Shown here: one piece after another, positions 1-12,959 of the stretch | Layout: the number at the start of each line of letters is the position of its first letter | How positions within the stretch are numbered: position 1 is the first letter of the stretch | NCBI GenBank assembly: GCA_951406725.2 | Contig: OX597823.1 | Location: forward strand, 36,704,001-36,768,000 | DNA: 64,000 nt | Reading direction: 5' to 3' | Source: Octopus vulgaris | Taxonomy: Eukaryota | Position numbers and translations under genes: made by a program | Notes under the pieces: model-generated | Told to the model about the DNA's origin: nothing | Database searches by the model: none | The model's input: only the letters and a program-made list of their open reading frames with translations

Positions 1-282
1 TCGTACAAAGGGTTTTCTTTCAGTAACCATCTTCACAGCAGTGCGTAGTTAGCCTTCTCTCTCATATACATGAGGTTCAATAACCTCTGGAGACAATGCA
101 TTTGGTATTACAGTGGGACAAAAGTCCACTGTGAGCTCCTGGCTTCGAAGTCTTGCTTGGCTTCAGCGTTTTAGTTGTCTTAGTTGTTTATGGTTTCAGG
201 AGAATAGGGGTGACAGTGACTTTGAAGTTTTCGCTTCATAGCCTTTGTCACATGTTCTTTCTCTCTCTCACCCCATACATAC

Positions 283-320
<38 letters not shown>

Positions 321-529
321 CAAAAACCAAGGCATGATGAGTATCTCAAGTCATTTAGAGTATTCACAGAAGTATGGACCAACTTCCATACCCTCTGGAA
401 GATGAGCTGTGAACTTAATCCTCCTGTCAATATTCTGCTATCTACTGCTTTACTCTTTATTCCTCTATTTACTGTTTTATTCCTTTATAAACTGAATTCT
501 CTGTCTAGAACTTTCATACATACCTGTCT

Positions 530-607
530 TGTCTTTGATGACGGAATACCCAGTATATAGAGATGTTAGCCTATCATTTGAGATATCTCAGAAATAGCTA
601 TAAGACA
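530..607 (+). ncRNA. Degenerate hammerhead motif (C3U)
   Basis: TGTCT-TTGATGA-(49 nt)-GAAA-TAGCTA-TA-AGACA. Perfect 5-bp stem I and palindromic stem III ATAGCTAT; stem II is decayed. Confidence 0.5.
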
Positions 608-950
608 TCCAATAATTAATTGATTAACTATTTCAAATTCACCTCACTCTAATTAAATACTCTAAATGGCTTGAGATACTGACCCTGCCTTGGTTTTTGT
701 TGTCCTTTTTCCTCAAATATATACCTGCTAACTAGGAAGCCTACTATAGATCTCTAGCTCCAGCCTCAGCTGTGAACTTGGAACTTAACGGATGACCAAG
801 CACTTACACAGTGTACCTATTTGTTTAGATCACCAGTAATCTAAACCCCTCATATTGTAATGTCTTTGCAGATTTATAAAGCATTTTACTCTATCTCCTG
901 TATTCAAGTACTATTTTTTCCACCTTGTTTCACATTTATGTGATTACTCT

Positions 951-985
<35 letters not shown>

Positions 986-1726
986 ATAGATACATACATT
1001 CATTTATAGCTCCTCTACTACCTTAAAAATACTACTTCTACATCTACTTTGATTGAGAAATTGAGATGATAGCAGGAAGAAAATCTTCCGGCTCTATAAA
1101 CAAATATTTCGCCTAACAATGTGTGTGTGTCTGTGTGTCCGTCCATCTGTATAAAAGAAACCTTTCTGCACAATATAAAATCTGAAGTATTTAAAAGGAC
1201 ACCCCATCCCCCCATGTGCCCAAAATTAATCTTATACTAAGTTAAGATATTGTAAAAAGAAACTAATGTCTTTCTGTCTTTCTCACTGTCTCACCTTGAC
1301 TTATGTTGCTGTCTGTCTATCATCTCTGTCTGTCTCTGTTGATGCATGTCTGTCTGTCTTCTCTTTCTCTCTCCTATATAATATAATAATAACTGCTTGT
1401 TTTGTTCACTGCTCTGGAATTCTGTAGGTGTAAGATCTCTACTAGTAATGATGATGATGTTGTAAGCTTTCACTCTGCATGTTTATAACATCAAGCTGAG
1501 ACCTGCTACTTTACACCTTCGATTAGCTTTATTAGTTTCATGTTGTTATAACTTAACAGGGCAGCAGGAAGAGGGGAGGGGGGCTATTTTTTTCTGTTTC
1601 TTTTCTGTCGTGTTATTTCTTTTTTGTTTTAGTTTCAATCAAATCTGACAGTTTCTTCCCCCACACTAAGATAGAGAGAGATATAAAATGACAAAACAAA
1701 ATGCCACACACTCAGGTGTGTGTGTG

Positions 1727-1771
<45 letters not shown>

Positions 1772-2399
1772 ATACAGTATGTGATATATCAGATAACTTT
1801 TGGTCACATGTTTTTGAAGTCTTTTCCTTGCAATCCCTTGCTATTGTCTTGTTACATTTTTGATGTTCATAAGTGTTAGAGTATGCACATGTACATGTGT
1901 ATGTATGTAAATACTTGAGTGTGTGTGTGTACTTTAGTTAGACAAAATAATAGAAATACCACTTTATATTTGACATCTTTCTGTGCGAAATGGAACTGAC
2001 AAACTCAAAACTATTCTGGTCTGTAATATAGATGTACATATGCCTCATGTATGACTTGTATTTTATGATATAACCCTCTGTAATTTTGTTTTTGCAGATT
2101 AAGTTAAATCTGCATAGCCTGTCTGATTTCCAATGAGTACAAATTGTTGGGGTGCAGATGGCTAGAGCTTCAGTCACTAAAGCTTAGAGGGATTGCAGAA
2201 TAGTGAAATGTATTGTGTCTAAAAAACCCATTAAACTATGGCAGTAAAAGTGACAGCAGAGCTCAACCATCACCTTGCCAACCCAGTTTCAACCAAAAAC
2301 TCTTCATTGTGAGCTCCATAAAGCTGGATACTATGGGAGGGCTGCAATTGCTTAACCTCACTTTTCCCCCTTCATCGTTGATGATCAGAGAAAAATGAT

Positions 2400-3283
2400 G
2401 TTTAGATTATCAGAACTGGTTAATGTCCCAATGAAATAGTGTCATCTCTGATGAGTCATCATGCACTCTTTACTCCTATTTCAGAGTTTGTTTTGACACA
2501 ACCCAAAGAGGCCTTCAATCCTGATTGTTTGGCGCCTGTCATGAAACATGGATGTGGCTCTGTGGTGATTTGGGTCACCATATCATGGAGTTCTAATCCT
2601 TTTATTTGTTCTACATGGCAAAGGTAATGTCATGGATTATCTGAGTACTTTGGCTGATTATGTCCTTCCTGAGGTACAAAAAAATTCTTCCCAGATGGTA
2701 ATGAAATTTTCTAGGATGATAATCTACTGATTCACAAGGATTATGTTATTCAAAATTGTTAAGAAGACAAAAATGAAGTAAACCATCTTGCTTGGTCATC
2801 TTCACTCACTGGATTTTGATGTAATTTTTTCTACTCTAGGCACAAGGCCTGAAATTTTGGTGGACCCTAGTTTTTGACTAGTCCTTATTTTATTGATCAC
2901 GAACAGATGAAAGACAAAGTTGACCTCCAAAGAATTAAAATTTAGAATGTAAAGCTGGAAGAAATGTGGCTAAGCATTTTATCCAGCATCCTAATGATTC
3001 TGCTAGCTTGCTGCCTTAAGGGACTCTATACAATCAAACAATTTTGGTATATTTAGGAGTGGCAAGTGAGGAGCCCCTTCTCTCCGCCATTGTTGCCAAA
3101 AGAATTAAAGCAACATTTACTTGGAAGAATAGTTCAGAATTCCCCAGACAGCTGTTTAGAACCTGTACAAGTCAATTCCTTGATGTATTAAAGCTGTGAT
3201 AAATGCCAAAGGTAGACCAATTCTGTATTCAATAATAACACTTTCATTTAACAGAGTGTTTCCATTATTTTGTCTAACTCCTG
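2400..3283 (+). mobile_element. Decayed Tc1-like transposon, interrupted by a SINE at ~2830-3015
   Basis: Remnants SDES, MKHGCGSVVIW, F*DDN, NLYKSIP and AVINAKGRP of a Tc1 DDE transposase, with stops and frameshifts. Confidence 0.75.
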
Positions 3284-3289
3284 TGTGCT

Positions 3290-3363
<74 letters not shown>

Positions 3364-3412
3364 CGTGCATGTGCATACATATATATTATATGTATGCACA
3401 TATATATATAAT

Positions 3413-3450
<38 letters not shown>

Positions 3451-3623
3451 GTAGAGTCTTAGCAAGTGAGGAGGCTGACAAACCACAAACACCCTCAGGC
3501 TGATGACCCTACTTGATCAATCTGTAGAAAAGGGATGGGTAGAAATTCCATACAATGTACCCAGTGTAAGCTATGAACGCATAAAAGGTGCAGCAATATC
3601 AAAGGAAGGTTTGATTAGTTTTT

Positions 3624-4265
3624 GTGTATGGTAGATGCACAGGGGTAGTAAACACTGAAGATGAACAGAAAACAGATTCCATCAAATGCCAGGGAGAAAA
3701 ACTAGAAGTAGTTAATAGCTTCTACTACCTAGGTGACGAAGTCTGTTGTGGAGGTGGTTGTTTTGAGAGTGTAGAGGCTAGAATAAGAATAGCCTGGGCA
3801 AAGTTCAGGGAGCTCCTACCTCTACTAGCAACTAAGGGCCTATTGCTTAGGATGAAACGTAGGCTGTATGATTCCTGTGCAGGATCTGCCATGCTACACG
3901 GTAGTGCAAAATGGGCCATGACTGCTGAGGATATACATAGGCTTGAAAGAAATTAACCTAGTATGATCCACTGGATGTTTAATGTCAGTGTGCATACACG
4001 ACAGAGTGTAAGTGCCCTGAGAGAAAAGTTGGACATAAGAAGCATTAAATGTAATGTGCAAGAGAGATGACTGCGCTGGTATGGTCATGTGTTATGCATG
4101 GATGAGGACAGCTGTGTGAGGAAGTGCCACTACCTAACTGTGGAAGGAACCCAGGAAGAGATGGTGAAGTATGACTTTCAAACATTGGGCCTCACAGAGC
4201 CAATGACAGGAGACTGAGATCTTTGGAGATAAATTGTATTTGGGAAGACCTGGCAACTAAAATGC
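3624..4265 (+). mobile_element. RTE-clade LINE 3' fragment
   Basis: KLEVVNSFYYLGD...GGGC..SVEARIRIAWAKFRELLPLL...RLY...AMLHGS..W, then LRWYGHV in the continuation; stops present. Confidence 0.85.
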
Positions 4266-4389
4266 GATCGCAGCCATGGCTGTTGCCAGTGTTGCATGTC
4301 TGGCCCATTTAAGAGTACCCTTGATGTGTCGGGTGATATGATATGTTTGAGAAGGCCTGTTAAGTCAAGTAAAACCAAAATTGCAGCTG

Positions 4390-4835
4390 TGGCCAGTGTC
4401 TCCTGACCGGCTCCCATTCTGGTGGCATGTAAAATGCATCATCTGAATGTGATCAATGCCAGTGTTCCCTGACTGGCTCCTGTGCTGGTGGCACATAAAA
4501 AGCAACATCCAAATGTAGTCAATTCCAGGTCTACCTGACTGGCTCCCGTGCCAGCGGCACATACAAAGCATCACCTGAACATAGCCGATGCTAGTATTCC
4601 CTAACTGGCTTCTGTGTCGGTGGCATGTAAATGTCACTTTCCAAACGTGATCAATGTCAGGATTGCCTGACTGGCCCAGTGCTGGTGGCACGTAAAAAGC
4701 ACCATCTGAACATTGCCGATGTCATTCCCCACCTGACTGGCTCCCATGCTGGTGGCATGTGAACAGCAATAGCGGAATGTGATCGATGCCAGTCCTGCTT
4801 GACTGGCTCCTGTGCCAGTAGCACGTAAAAAGCAC
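4390..4835. repeat. Seven-copy 66-bp tandem repeat in the RTE 3' region
   Basis: The GG of the GACTGGCTCC motif falls at 4409, 4475, 4541, 4607, 4673, 4739 and 4805. Confidence 0.9.
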
Positions 4836-4990
4836 TCACTACACTCTCAGAGTGGTTGGCATTAGGAAGGGCATCCAGCTGTAGAAACAACGCTAGATCA
4901 GATTGGAGCCTGGTGCAGATGCTGGCTCTCCAGACCTCAGTTAAACCGTCCAACCCCTGCCAGCATGGAAAACGGACATTAAACGATGAT
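4836..4990 (+). mobile_element. RTE-associated 3' tail (AGGAAGGGCATCCAGCTGTAGAAAC ... (GAT)n)
   Basis: The motif recurs at ~6520-6570, ~18555-18705 and inverted at ~54280-54425; it ends in (GAT)n. Confidence 0.6.
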
Positions 4991-5154
4991 GATAATGATG
5001 ATGGTGGTATGTATATATGTGTGTATATGTGTGTGTGTGTATATATATATGTCCAACCCGTGCTAGTGCGGAAAACGGACGTTAAACGATGATGATGATG
5101 ATGATGATGATAATGTGTGCGTGTGTGTGCGAGATGTCTTGTGCCCCTACATGC

Positions 5155-5204
<50 letters not shown>

Positions 5205-5249
5205 TATATTAGTATTTAATTGAATGCTACGCATCCATTTCCAAGTAAG

Positions 5250-5289
<40 letters not shown>

Positions 5290-5558
5290 GGGTAGGTGAA
5301 CATGTGAATTGTTCCTCAACTAGCAGAAGTAATGCTACTCATTGTAACTTAAGCACAAGTTAGATATGTTCTAAGAGTAATTTACTGTGTGAGTGTGTGC
5401 ATGTTTGTACATGTCCCACTCTTTCTTTGTCTCTCTCTCTCTCTCTCACTCTGATAGACACACACTCACCCACACAGCTACACTTTATCCCACCCCCTCT
5501 CTCTTCTTTCACTCCTTCAAGCTGCAGGTTTACTGGCTTGAAACATATAGGCCACACT

Positions 5559-5566
5559 TGACGTCA
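5559..5566. promoter_or_regulatory. Full CRE palindrome
   Basis: TGACGTCA in unique sequence between CT- and GA-rich tracts; motif match only. Confidence 0.25.
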
Positions 5567-5623
5567 TATTTATTGATGTAACACATGCAGAAAAACTTTC
5601 AACAAGAGAGAAACCCTGCGTAC

Positions 5624-5695
<72 letters not shown>

Positions 5696-6935
5696 TATAC
5701 CTTTTTCTTTTTTATGTTTATCATCTTTGTTCTGATTTACTTTCATAAATTGGCAGATTTTATGTCTTGATGTGTGTGTATGTGTATTCCAGAGTGGTGT
5801 CACATTATTGCTGCCATCCAATTCATGAAATCAGTAAAAGTGTGTGTGTGTGTGTGTCTGTATACTCAGACACACATATAGAGAGATTGGGAGAGAGAGA
5901 GAGAGAAATAGATGTAGATATTTCGTTTCCATTCAAAAAGTGGTCTTCTGGTATATTTTTCTTGTCCAACTATCTGCTCTATGCCAGCCACCATGGACAG
6001 CAAATAGCAAATATGAAAATTATGATGATGTATTATCCTGGTTGTGTAGGGATGTTATTGGATCTGATCAACCTTCTCTCCTCTCTAACACTCACTCATT
6101 CTCCTACTCTAACTTTGCCATATCACCTGTATTATGAGGGCCATTGTACTACTATCTGCACTCAATGCACCAACATTCAGCCTTCTATGCTGCCTCACCA
6201 CCACCACCACCACCACTGTTGTTGTCACCCCCACCCCCTACATCCATTACCCTTATTCTTTTTTCTACCATCACTTATTGCTTCCACTCTGCTTTTCATT
6301 ATCATTCTGTGTGTTATTCACTCTCTTTGTCATGTTGAGTGATTGGACAGTGTTTATAAGTATGGAAGCCAACCTCACCATAAAATGCACTTAATGTACT
6401 GTGTAAAGGGGTCAGTAATTGACCCTTGTCATTAATAGGGTTGACTGGAGCCATGACAGTGTTGTCAGCAATACGATAACCTGACTAGTGTGTCACAATA
6501 TAATCTTTTCAGTAGGAAACTCTATAAAGTGTTTGGTCTTAGGAAGGGTATCTAGCAGTAGAAAGCATGTCAGAAATGAAACATGGGGGAGGGGTCCACC
6601 AGCCAGTCTAGGACTGAAAGAAATGACTGAAACAAGTAAAAGAGTAATTTGAATAAGAACTGGGTAATTCAGTTAAACAATAATAAATGTATAATACAAA
6701 ATATTATGTATAATAGACTGATATTTCCTTTGTTGCTATCTCCTTCAAACAGAATGTTGTTTCTTTATGATTGTGCTCTTCCGTAAATGAAAGCTAAAAC
6801 AGTTTAGCTAACTTCCTTCCCCAGGATATTTTGTATCAGCTCCACACCTAAAATTCCTTTTTTATCAAAGAGACATCACTTGAAAATTAAATAATTTTAA
6901 CAAATGATCTGTGGAAGAAAACAGTCATATTCTCT

Positions 6936-6938
<3 letters not shown>

Positions 6939-6989
<51 letters not shown>

Positions 6990-7405
6990 ATATGCATATA
7001 TATATAAATGTGTACATATGCATATATATATAAATATGTACATATGCATATATATATAAATATGTATATATGCATATATATGCATATGTATATATGCAAA
7101 TGTATATATGCAAATGTATATATGCATATGTATATATGCATATATATATATATGAATATATATATATGCATATATATATGCATATGTATATATACATATA
7201 TGTATATATACATATATGTATATATGCATATATATGTAGATATGTATATATGCATATATATATATATAAATATGTACATATGCATATATATATAAATATG
7301 TATATATGCATATATATAAATATGTATATATGCATATATGTATATAAATATGTATAAATGCATATATGTATATAAATATGTATATAGGCATATATATATA
7401 TATAT
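6939..7405. repeat. Complex (TA)n/TATGCA microsatellite
   Basis: Seen directly; it produces the YI-rich pseudo-ORFs. Confidence 0.95.
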
Positions 7406-7553
7406 AAATGTATAATATAAAATATTTTGTATAATAGATTGATATTTCCTTTGTTGCTATCTCCTTGAAACAGAATGTTGTTTCTTTATGAAAAAGTGTA
7501 ACTATTTATTTATTTTTTCCGTGTTAATTGTTAACAAGGCAAAAATACACTCA

Positions 7554-7622
<69 letters not shown>

Positions 7623-7974
7623 GTATGTATATATGTATGTATATATATGTAAATATGTATGTATATATATATGTATATATATATAAATATGTATGTATAT
7701 ATATATAAATATGTGTAGGGTCTAGGATTAAAGTAAAAGTTTTTATTTTCCAATCACTTTTGGAATTACAACAATTGGTGGCTTGGAGTTTTAACTGCTC
7801 TTTCTAGCGAGTCAGATATCCTATTCTTCGGGTATCTCTTTTGTGTTTGAACGTACACTGTATTCTTCTTTGAATAATATATAGTCTATTGACTAATTTT
7901 TTCTTTCTCGCTAGACCACTGGTAACTAAGAATTTTTCTATGAATATTCTTGCTACCCTAAGATTTTAATTAAT

Positions 7975-8010
7975 TATATATATATATGTATATATATATA
8001 TTTATATGTA

Positions 8011-8047
<37 letters not shown>

Positions 8048-8432
8048 GTATATATGTATATATATATGTATATGTTTTATTATATATATATATATGCATA
8101 TATATGTATGTATGTATATATGCATATATATGTATGTATGTATACATGCATATATATGTATGTATATATGCATATGTATGTATGTATATATGCATATATA
8201 TATGTATGTATATATGCATATATATATATATGTATGTATGTATGCATATATATATGTATGTATGTATACATATATATATGTATATATGCATATATATATA
8301 TATATATGTATATATGCATATATATATATGTATATATGCATATATATATATATATATATATGCATATATATATATATATATATGCATATATATATGCATA
8401 TATATATATATATGCACATATATATATATATG

Positions 8433-8503
<71 letters not shown>

Positions 8504-8525
8504 TATATGTATATATATATATATA
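7975..8525. repeat. Complex (TA)n/TATG microsatellite
   Basis: Seen directly. Confidence 0.95.
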
Positions 8526-8821
8526 TCACCATGACTGACCAGGCTATCAGATGTTGCTACACATCACTTGTCACAATGCGTTTCGCATTATTTTAGCCTC
8601 CAAATGATGCCACCCCGCTGGCTAAGCGAGTAGGCCAACAGAAGAAAGAGTGAGAGAAAGTTGTGGCGAAAGAGTTCAGCAGGGATCCCCCCCCCCCCTG
8701 CTGGAGCCTCGTGGGGCTTTAGGTGTTTTTGCTCAATAAACACTCCCAACGCCTTGTCTGGGAGTTGAAACCGTGATCCTACGACTGCGAATCTGCTGCC
8801 TTAACCACTTGATCATTGTGA

Positions 8822-8825
<4 letters not shown>
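8526..8825 (-). mobile_element. tRNA-derived SINE (family of 62853-63150)
   Basis: Collinear with 62853-63150; tRNA-like head at the right end. Confidence 0.85.
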
Positions 8826-8879
<54 letters not shown>

Positions 8880-9297
8880 GTTTAAATAATTTGGGAAGAT
8901 GAATTTCCAAATCAATCAGGTACAACCCTTTAGCATTACATGCATCTGCATATCGTACAGTGGGATCTTGATTATCATATATTTATATATTTATTTAGAA
9001 ATATACAAAATATATAATAGAAAACAATAATAATTCAGTTTTTAGGATTGATAGATGTGCTGGTATTTTATTTCAGCTAATACAAAAAAATAACCTAATG
9101 AGTATATCTTCAGGTAAACTTGTATCTATTTGCACATCACAAAATAATACTTTTAAGGAGTACAACCAGTATACCAGCAAGGTATAAAATATATTTCCTT
9201 AATTATCTCCTACTTACATTAAAATTATCAATTATGAAGGAAATGCACGTGTTCAGTATTGGAAGATTATGATATATATGCACCTATATATACATAC

Positions 9298-9640
9298 GTG
9301 AAGGCGCATGGCTCAGTGGTTAGAACATCGAGCTTACGATCGTGAGGTTGTGAGCTCGAATCCCGGACCGGGCTGCGTGTTGTGTTCTTGAGCAAGGCAC
9401 TTTATTTCACGTTGCTCCAGTTCACTCAGCTGTAGAAATGAGTTGCGACGTCACTGGTGCCAAGCTGTATCGACCTTTGTCTTTCCCTTGGATAACACTG
9501 GTGGCGTGGAGAGAGGAGGCTGGTATGCATGGGCGACTGCTGGTCTTCCATAAACAACCTTGCCCGGACTTGTGTCTAGGAGGGTAACTTTCTAGGTGCA
9601 ATCCCATGGTCATTCATGACCGAAGGGGGTCTTTACCCTT
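9298..9640 (+). mobile_element. Young full-length tRNA-derived SINE
   Basis: Box A TGGCTCAGTGG, box B-like GCTCGAATCC, central TTGAGCAAGGCACTT...CTCAGCTGTA domain; CpG-rich. Older relatives lie at ~41165-41315, 41560-41885, 54825-55070 and 59960-60180. Confidence 0.85.
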
Positions 9641-9936
9641 ATACATACATACATACATACATACATACATAAACATATATATGTAATCACAAGTTTACCT
9701 TCAGATACAATCATTAGGTTATGTTTTTGTATTATCTGAAATAGAACACCTGCCTATCTATTAATCTCAAAAACTGAATTGTGTATATATATAATATCTA
9801 TCTGTCTATCTATCTATGCATATATATATATAAATATATGCATATATATATAAATAAATGTGTTTGTGTGTGTTTATATATATAAGTCACTAGCCACTAC
9901 ACATTCTTTATTTTCTCTCCCTGTTTCTTTCTGTGT

Positions 9937-9974
9937 TCTTTCTGTGAAAGAGCGTACACTCGAAACATTAAAGA
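9937..9974 (+). ncRNA. Degenerate minimal hammerhead-like motif in a short TA-flanked element (~9885-10068)
   Basis: TCTTT-CTGTGAA-AGAGCGTACACTC-GAAA-CATT-AAAGA. Stem I is perfect, stem II is GAG/CTC, and the core is altered. Confidence 0.35.
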
Positions 9975-10089
9975 CTTTTTCCACTTCCCGAGCATTAAAC
10001 TAATACATCTGTTTTTTGTCTGCACCACCTGTCTTTGTCTTTTATTTTTTTTTTGTGAATTCTCCCTATATATATATATATATATAAAT

Positions 10090-10415
10090 AAGGAAATTGT
10101 GAGTGTGGAGGGAAGTACTGTCTTCGAGTGAGTTTATTGAAAGATGGGTGAAAGTTGCGAAAATGGCAAGAGTGGCTGGTACCTCTGTAAGTGTTGACCT
10201 GAGAGAAAAGGAATTAGAGAGGGCACCTGCTCATTGGGTTTCAGGAAAATCTTGGACAGTGAGGTTCCTCTATTATCCCTAGAGGTGTTCCTGTATCAGG
10301 AGGGTCACATCTCTATCATCCTCCCTGATTTCATTATTATTTATAAACCTCCACACTTTACGTCTGTCTCAGTTTTGTCTCCCTCATACTTCACCATTGT
10401 GGCGAATAAATAAAA

Positions 10416-10420
<5 letters not shown>
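10090..10420 (+). mobile_element. 3' end of Tx1/L1-like LINE
   Basis: Homologous to the reverse complement of ~45000-45430; ends in AATAAA plus (ATT)n. Confidence 0.7.
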
Positions 10421-10448
<28 letters not shown>

Positions 10449-12715
10449 GTTTCAATCACTAAACTGTGGCCATGCTGGAGCACTGCTTTGAAAGCTGTTA
10501 TTAGCTATAACAGTAAATTCGTGATCTTTTGTGACTTACAGCCTAGCATTTACTAATAGGCAGTTGTTGATGTGGAAAATACTTAGTAGAAAGATGAAAC
10601 AGATGTGTCTAATATGACATACCCGCATGCATGTACATACATACACAGAGAAATATGTGTATTGAAAATTCTTTGTAGTTAAGTTTGTAATATGGATGTG
10701 TGGGTGTGGAGTGTGAGGAGGAACCTAATAAAAGAGTTATTGTCCTTACAGGAATGGCATCTCCATTTATTTATCTTGGCCTCTTTCTTCCTATCAATTG
10801 ATAAGCTGATTGTTTTGGAGACAGAGGGATGGTTACTGAATGTGTCCTCCCTCCCACTCCTGCTTTCCGTTTCCTCCTCCTTTACCACCACCACCAGAAA
10901 AACAATAACAACAAAAGTAATTGGCGCACCTCCTTGAAATATGCTTTCAAAATCAAGTAGATAAACCAGTCTCTCCAATGTGTTTACCATTTTATTGTAA
11001 TTGTGGAGTGGAAAAAAGTCCTTGACCTCCATCAGATCCATTTGCAATCCCTTGCAATGTCTCTGGAGAGATATATAGAAATTTACTGCTTCAAAAATTG
11101 TTGGTTTATTATTTGTCTCCTCCATCACTTTACTCTTAGCTCATCTTCCTCCTCCTCCCCAAATATCCACCACCATAATGATAGCTGTTAATATATGTGA
11201 TAGTGATGAGACATCCGGCTATTGTTGTGTCAGAAGCATAGAGTACTATATTGTAGTACTCAATACTGGTGTGGAACTTGAAGTGCTGGACAATAACAAA
11301 CTGAATCCAATGCCTATCACACTCTGTAAATCCTGTTTTCTGGTAGAACACCTGATTGGAGGAACATGAGAAGTATGAATAATATGGCCTAAAACTCTTG
11401 ACTACTCAACCTCTTGTTGGCGCTTTAGAGTTTCCAAGTCGTGTATTCAAGATAACAACTCTGTATTCCTTGTCTTATTTGATCCTTGAACTTTCATTAT
11501 TTTCTTCAATTTGTGGTTGGAATCTTAGCAAGTAGAATTGTTTCACTTGGATTGTAGTTGATTTAGATAATAAAGTGTGCTCAATGTGTATGATTATAAT
11601 AATAATAATGATCCTTTCTATTATAGGTATAAGGTCTGGATTTTTGTGGGGAGGGGGACAATTGATCACATCAACCCTAGTACCTGACTGGTACTTAATT
11701 TACAGACCCCTGAAAGGATGAAAGGCAAAGTTGACCTTGGTGGGATTTGAATTCAGAACATAGCAACAACTGAAATGCCACTGAGCTTTTCGCCTGGTGT
11801 ACTAACAATTCTTCCAGCTCACTGCTTTATAATAATAATAATAATAATAATGATAAGTCTTGTGTGTATTGTCTGCCAGTGTAACTCATATCTTCACTTG
11901 AATCATGTATCAGAGCAATGACATAAGAAATGATAGTTTAAAACAATGAAATAATAATAATCATAATAATAATAATTTCTAATTTTGTTGTGTCTGGGGA
12001 GAGTCATATTGCTGTAATATATTTAACACACTCAGATTCAATTTCCACTCATTTGTTTGTTTATATATTTTTATCTTTTCCAAAAGGCTTTTTTGTTGCT
12101 TTTGCAACTGTATCAATGGTTATTGACACTGTCCATTATCGAAGCTGTGTTCCTTTTGTCTGAGATTTTGTTGCAAGATTTCATTGTGTGAGTGTGTGTG
12201 TGCACCAGCATGAATGTGTGCTTGTGTATGCACATATGTATTCTGCATATTCATGTTTTGTGTGTGTGCATGCTTGTGTGTTTGTGCATGTATGTGTGTA
12301 TTTGTGTACCACTGCTTCTTTGCATGTGTGTTTGAGTGTTTATGTGTATGAGTTTGTGTGGGTATGCATGTGCACCTGTTACATATGCATATGTCTCCAT
12401 GTGTCTTTGTGTATATGCATGTATGTGTAGAGTGTGAATGTATATTTGGTCGCGTTTCTGTTTCCTTTTGTGTGTGTGTCTTCTAATTATTTAATTCTAA
12501 ATGTGGTATGCTGTTAGGCTTTTTTGCTTGGGGATTTTAATTGATTTAAGCAAGTCTAGTGTTGTATTTTATCAATCTTAGAGATATGAAAACCAAAGTC
12601 AAGTTTTGTGGGATTTGAACTAAGAATGTAAAAGGATATAACTAAATACTGCAAGATATTTTGTCAATACACTATTGATTCTGTCATCTGTTGCGCTTAA
12701 TAATAATAATAATAA

Positions 12716-12894
12716 TAAACACCAGGACTTACAAATATATATAACATACAGAAAATTGCACTACTGGGCACTGCACACATCCTACGCAAAACATAGTAAC
12801 CATCAGAGCATCACAACAAATCACACCACATACCCAAGGCACACAGAGCTGCACTCAGTAGTGAAGTGAAAGCACGCTATAAAAATAAAACTTA

Positions 12895-12900
<6 letters not shown>
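12716..12900 (+). mobile_element. R4/Dong-like LINE 3' end
   Basis: PGLTNIYNIQKIALLGTAHILRKT followed by an (AAT)n tail; same family as 16110-16395. Confidence 0.75.
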
Positions 12901-12944
<44 letters not shown>

Positions 12945-12959
12945 TGATGATGATAATAC

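Noticed and set aside
2448-2470. CTGATGAG hammerhead core match
   Set aside because: It is the SDES codons of the Tc1 transposase remnant, with no GAAA or stems.
4390-4835. CRISPR-like regular spacing
   Set aside because: The whole 66-bp unit is homologous with no unique spacers, the context is eukaryotic, and there are no cas genes.
5767-6394. 191-aa ORF with poly-His
   Set aside because: Low-complexity sequence (GT, GA and CAC repeats), overlapping ORFs in all frames, no recognisable domain and no convincing splice sites.
6897-8596. Many 95-196-aa Tyr/Ile/Met/Cys-rich ORFs
   Set aside because: They are translations of (TA)n/TATG microsatellites, open in several frames on both strands.
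9298-9375. tRNA gene (also 63075-63150)
   Set aside because: The tRNA-like heads run into SINE bodies present in multiple copies, and there is no proper acceptor stem or terminator.
10679-11580. 149-aa minus-strand ORF as a host gene exon
   Set aside because: No consistent splice signals; the neighbouring frames look like a decayed non-LTR element, and the family could not be assigned.
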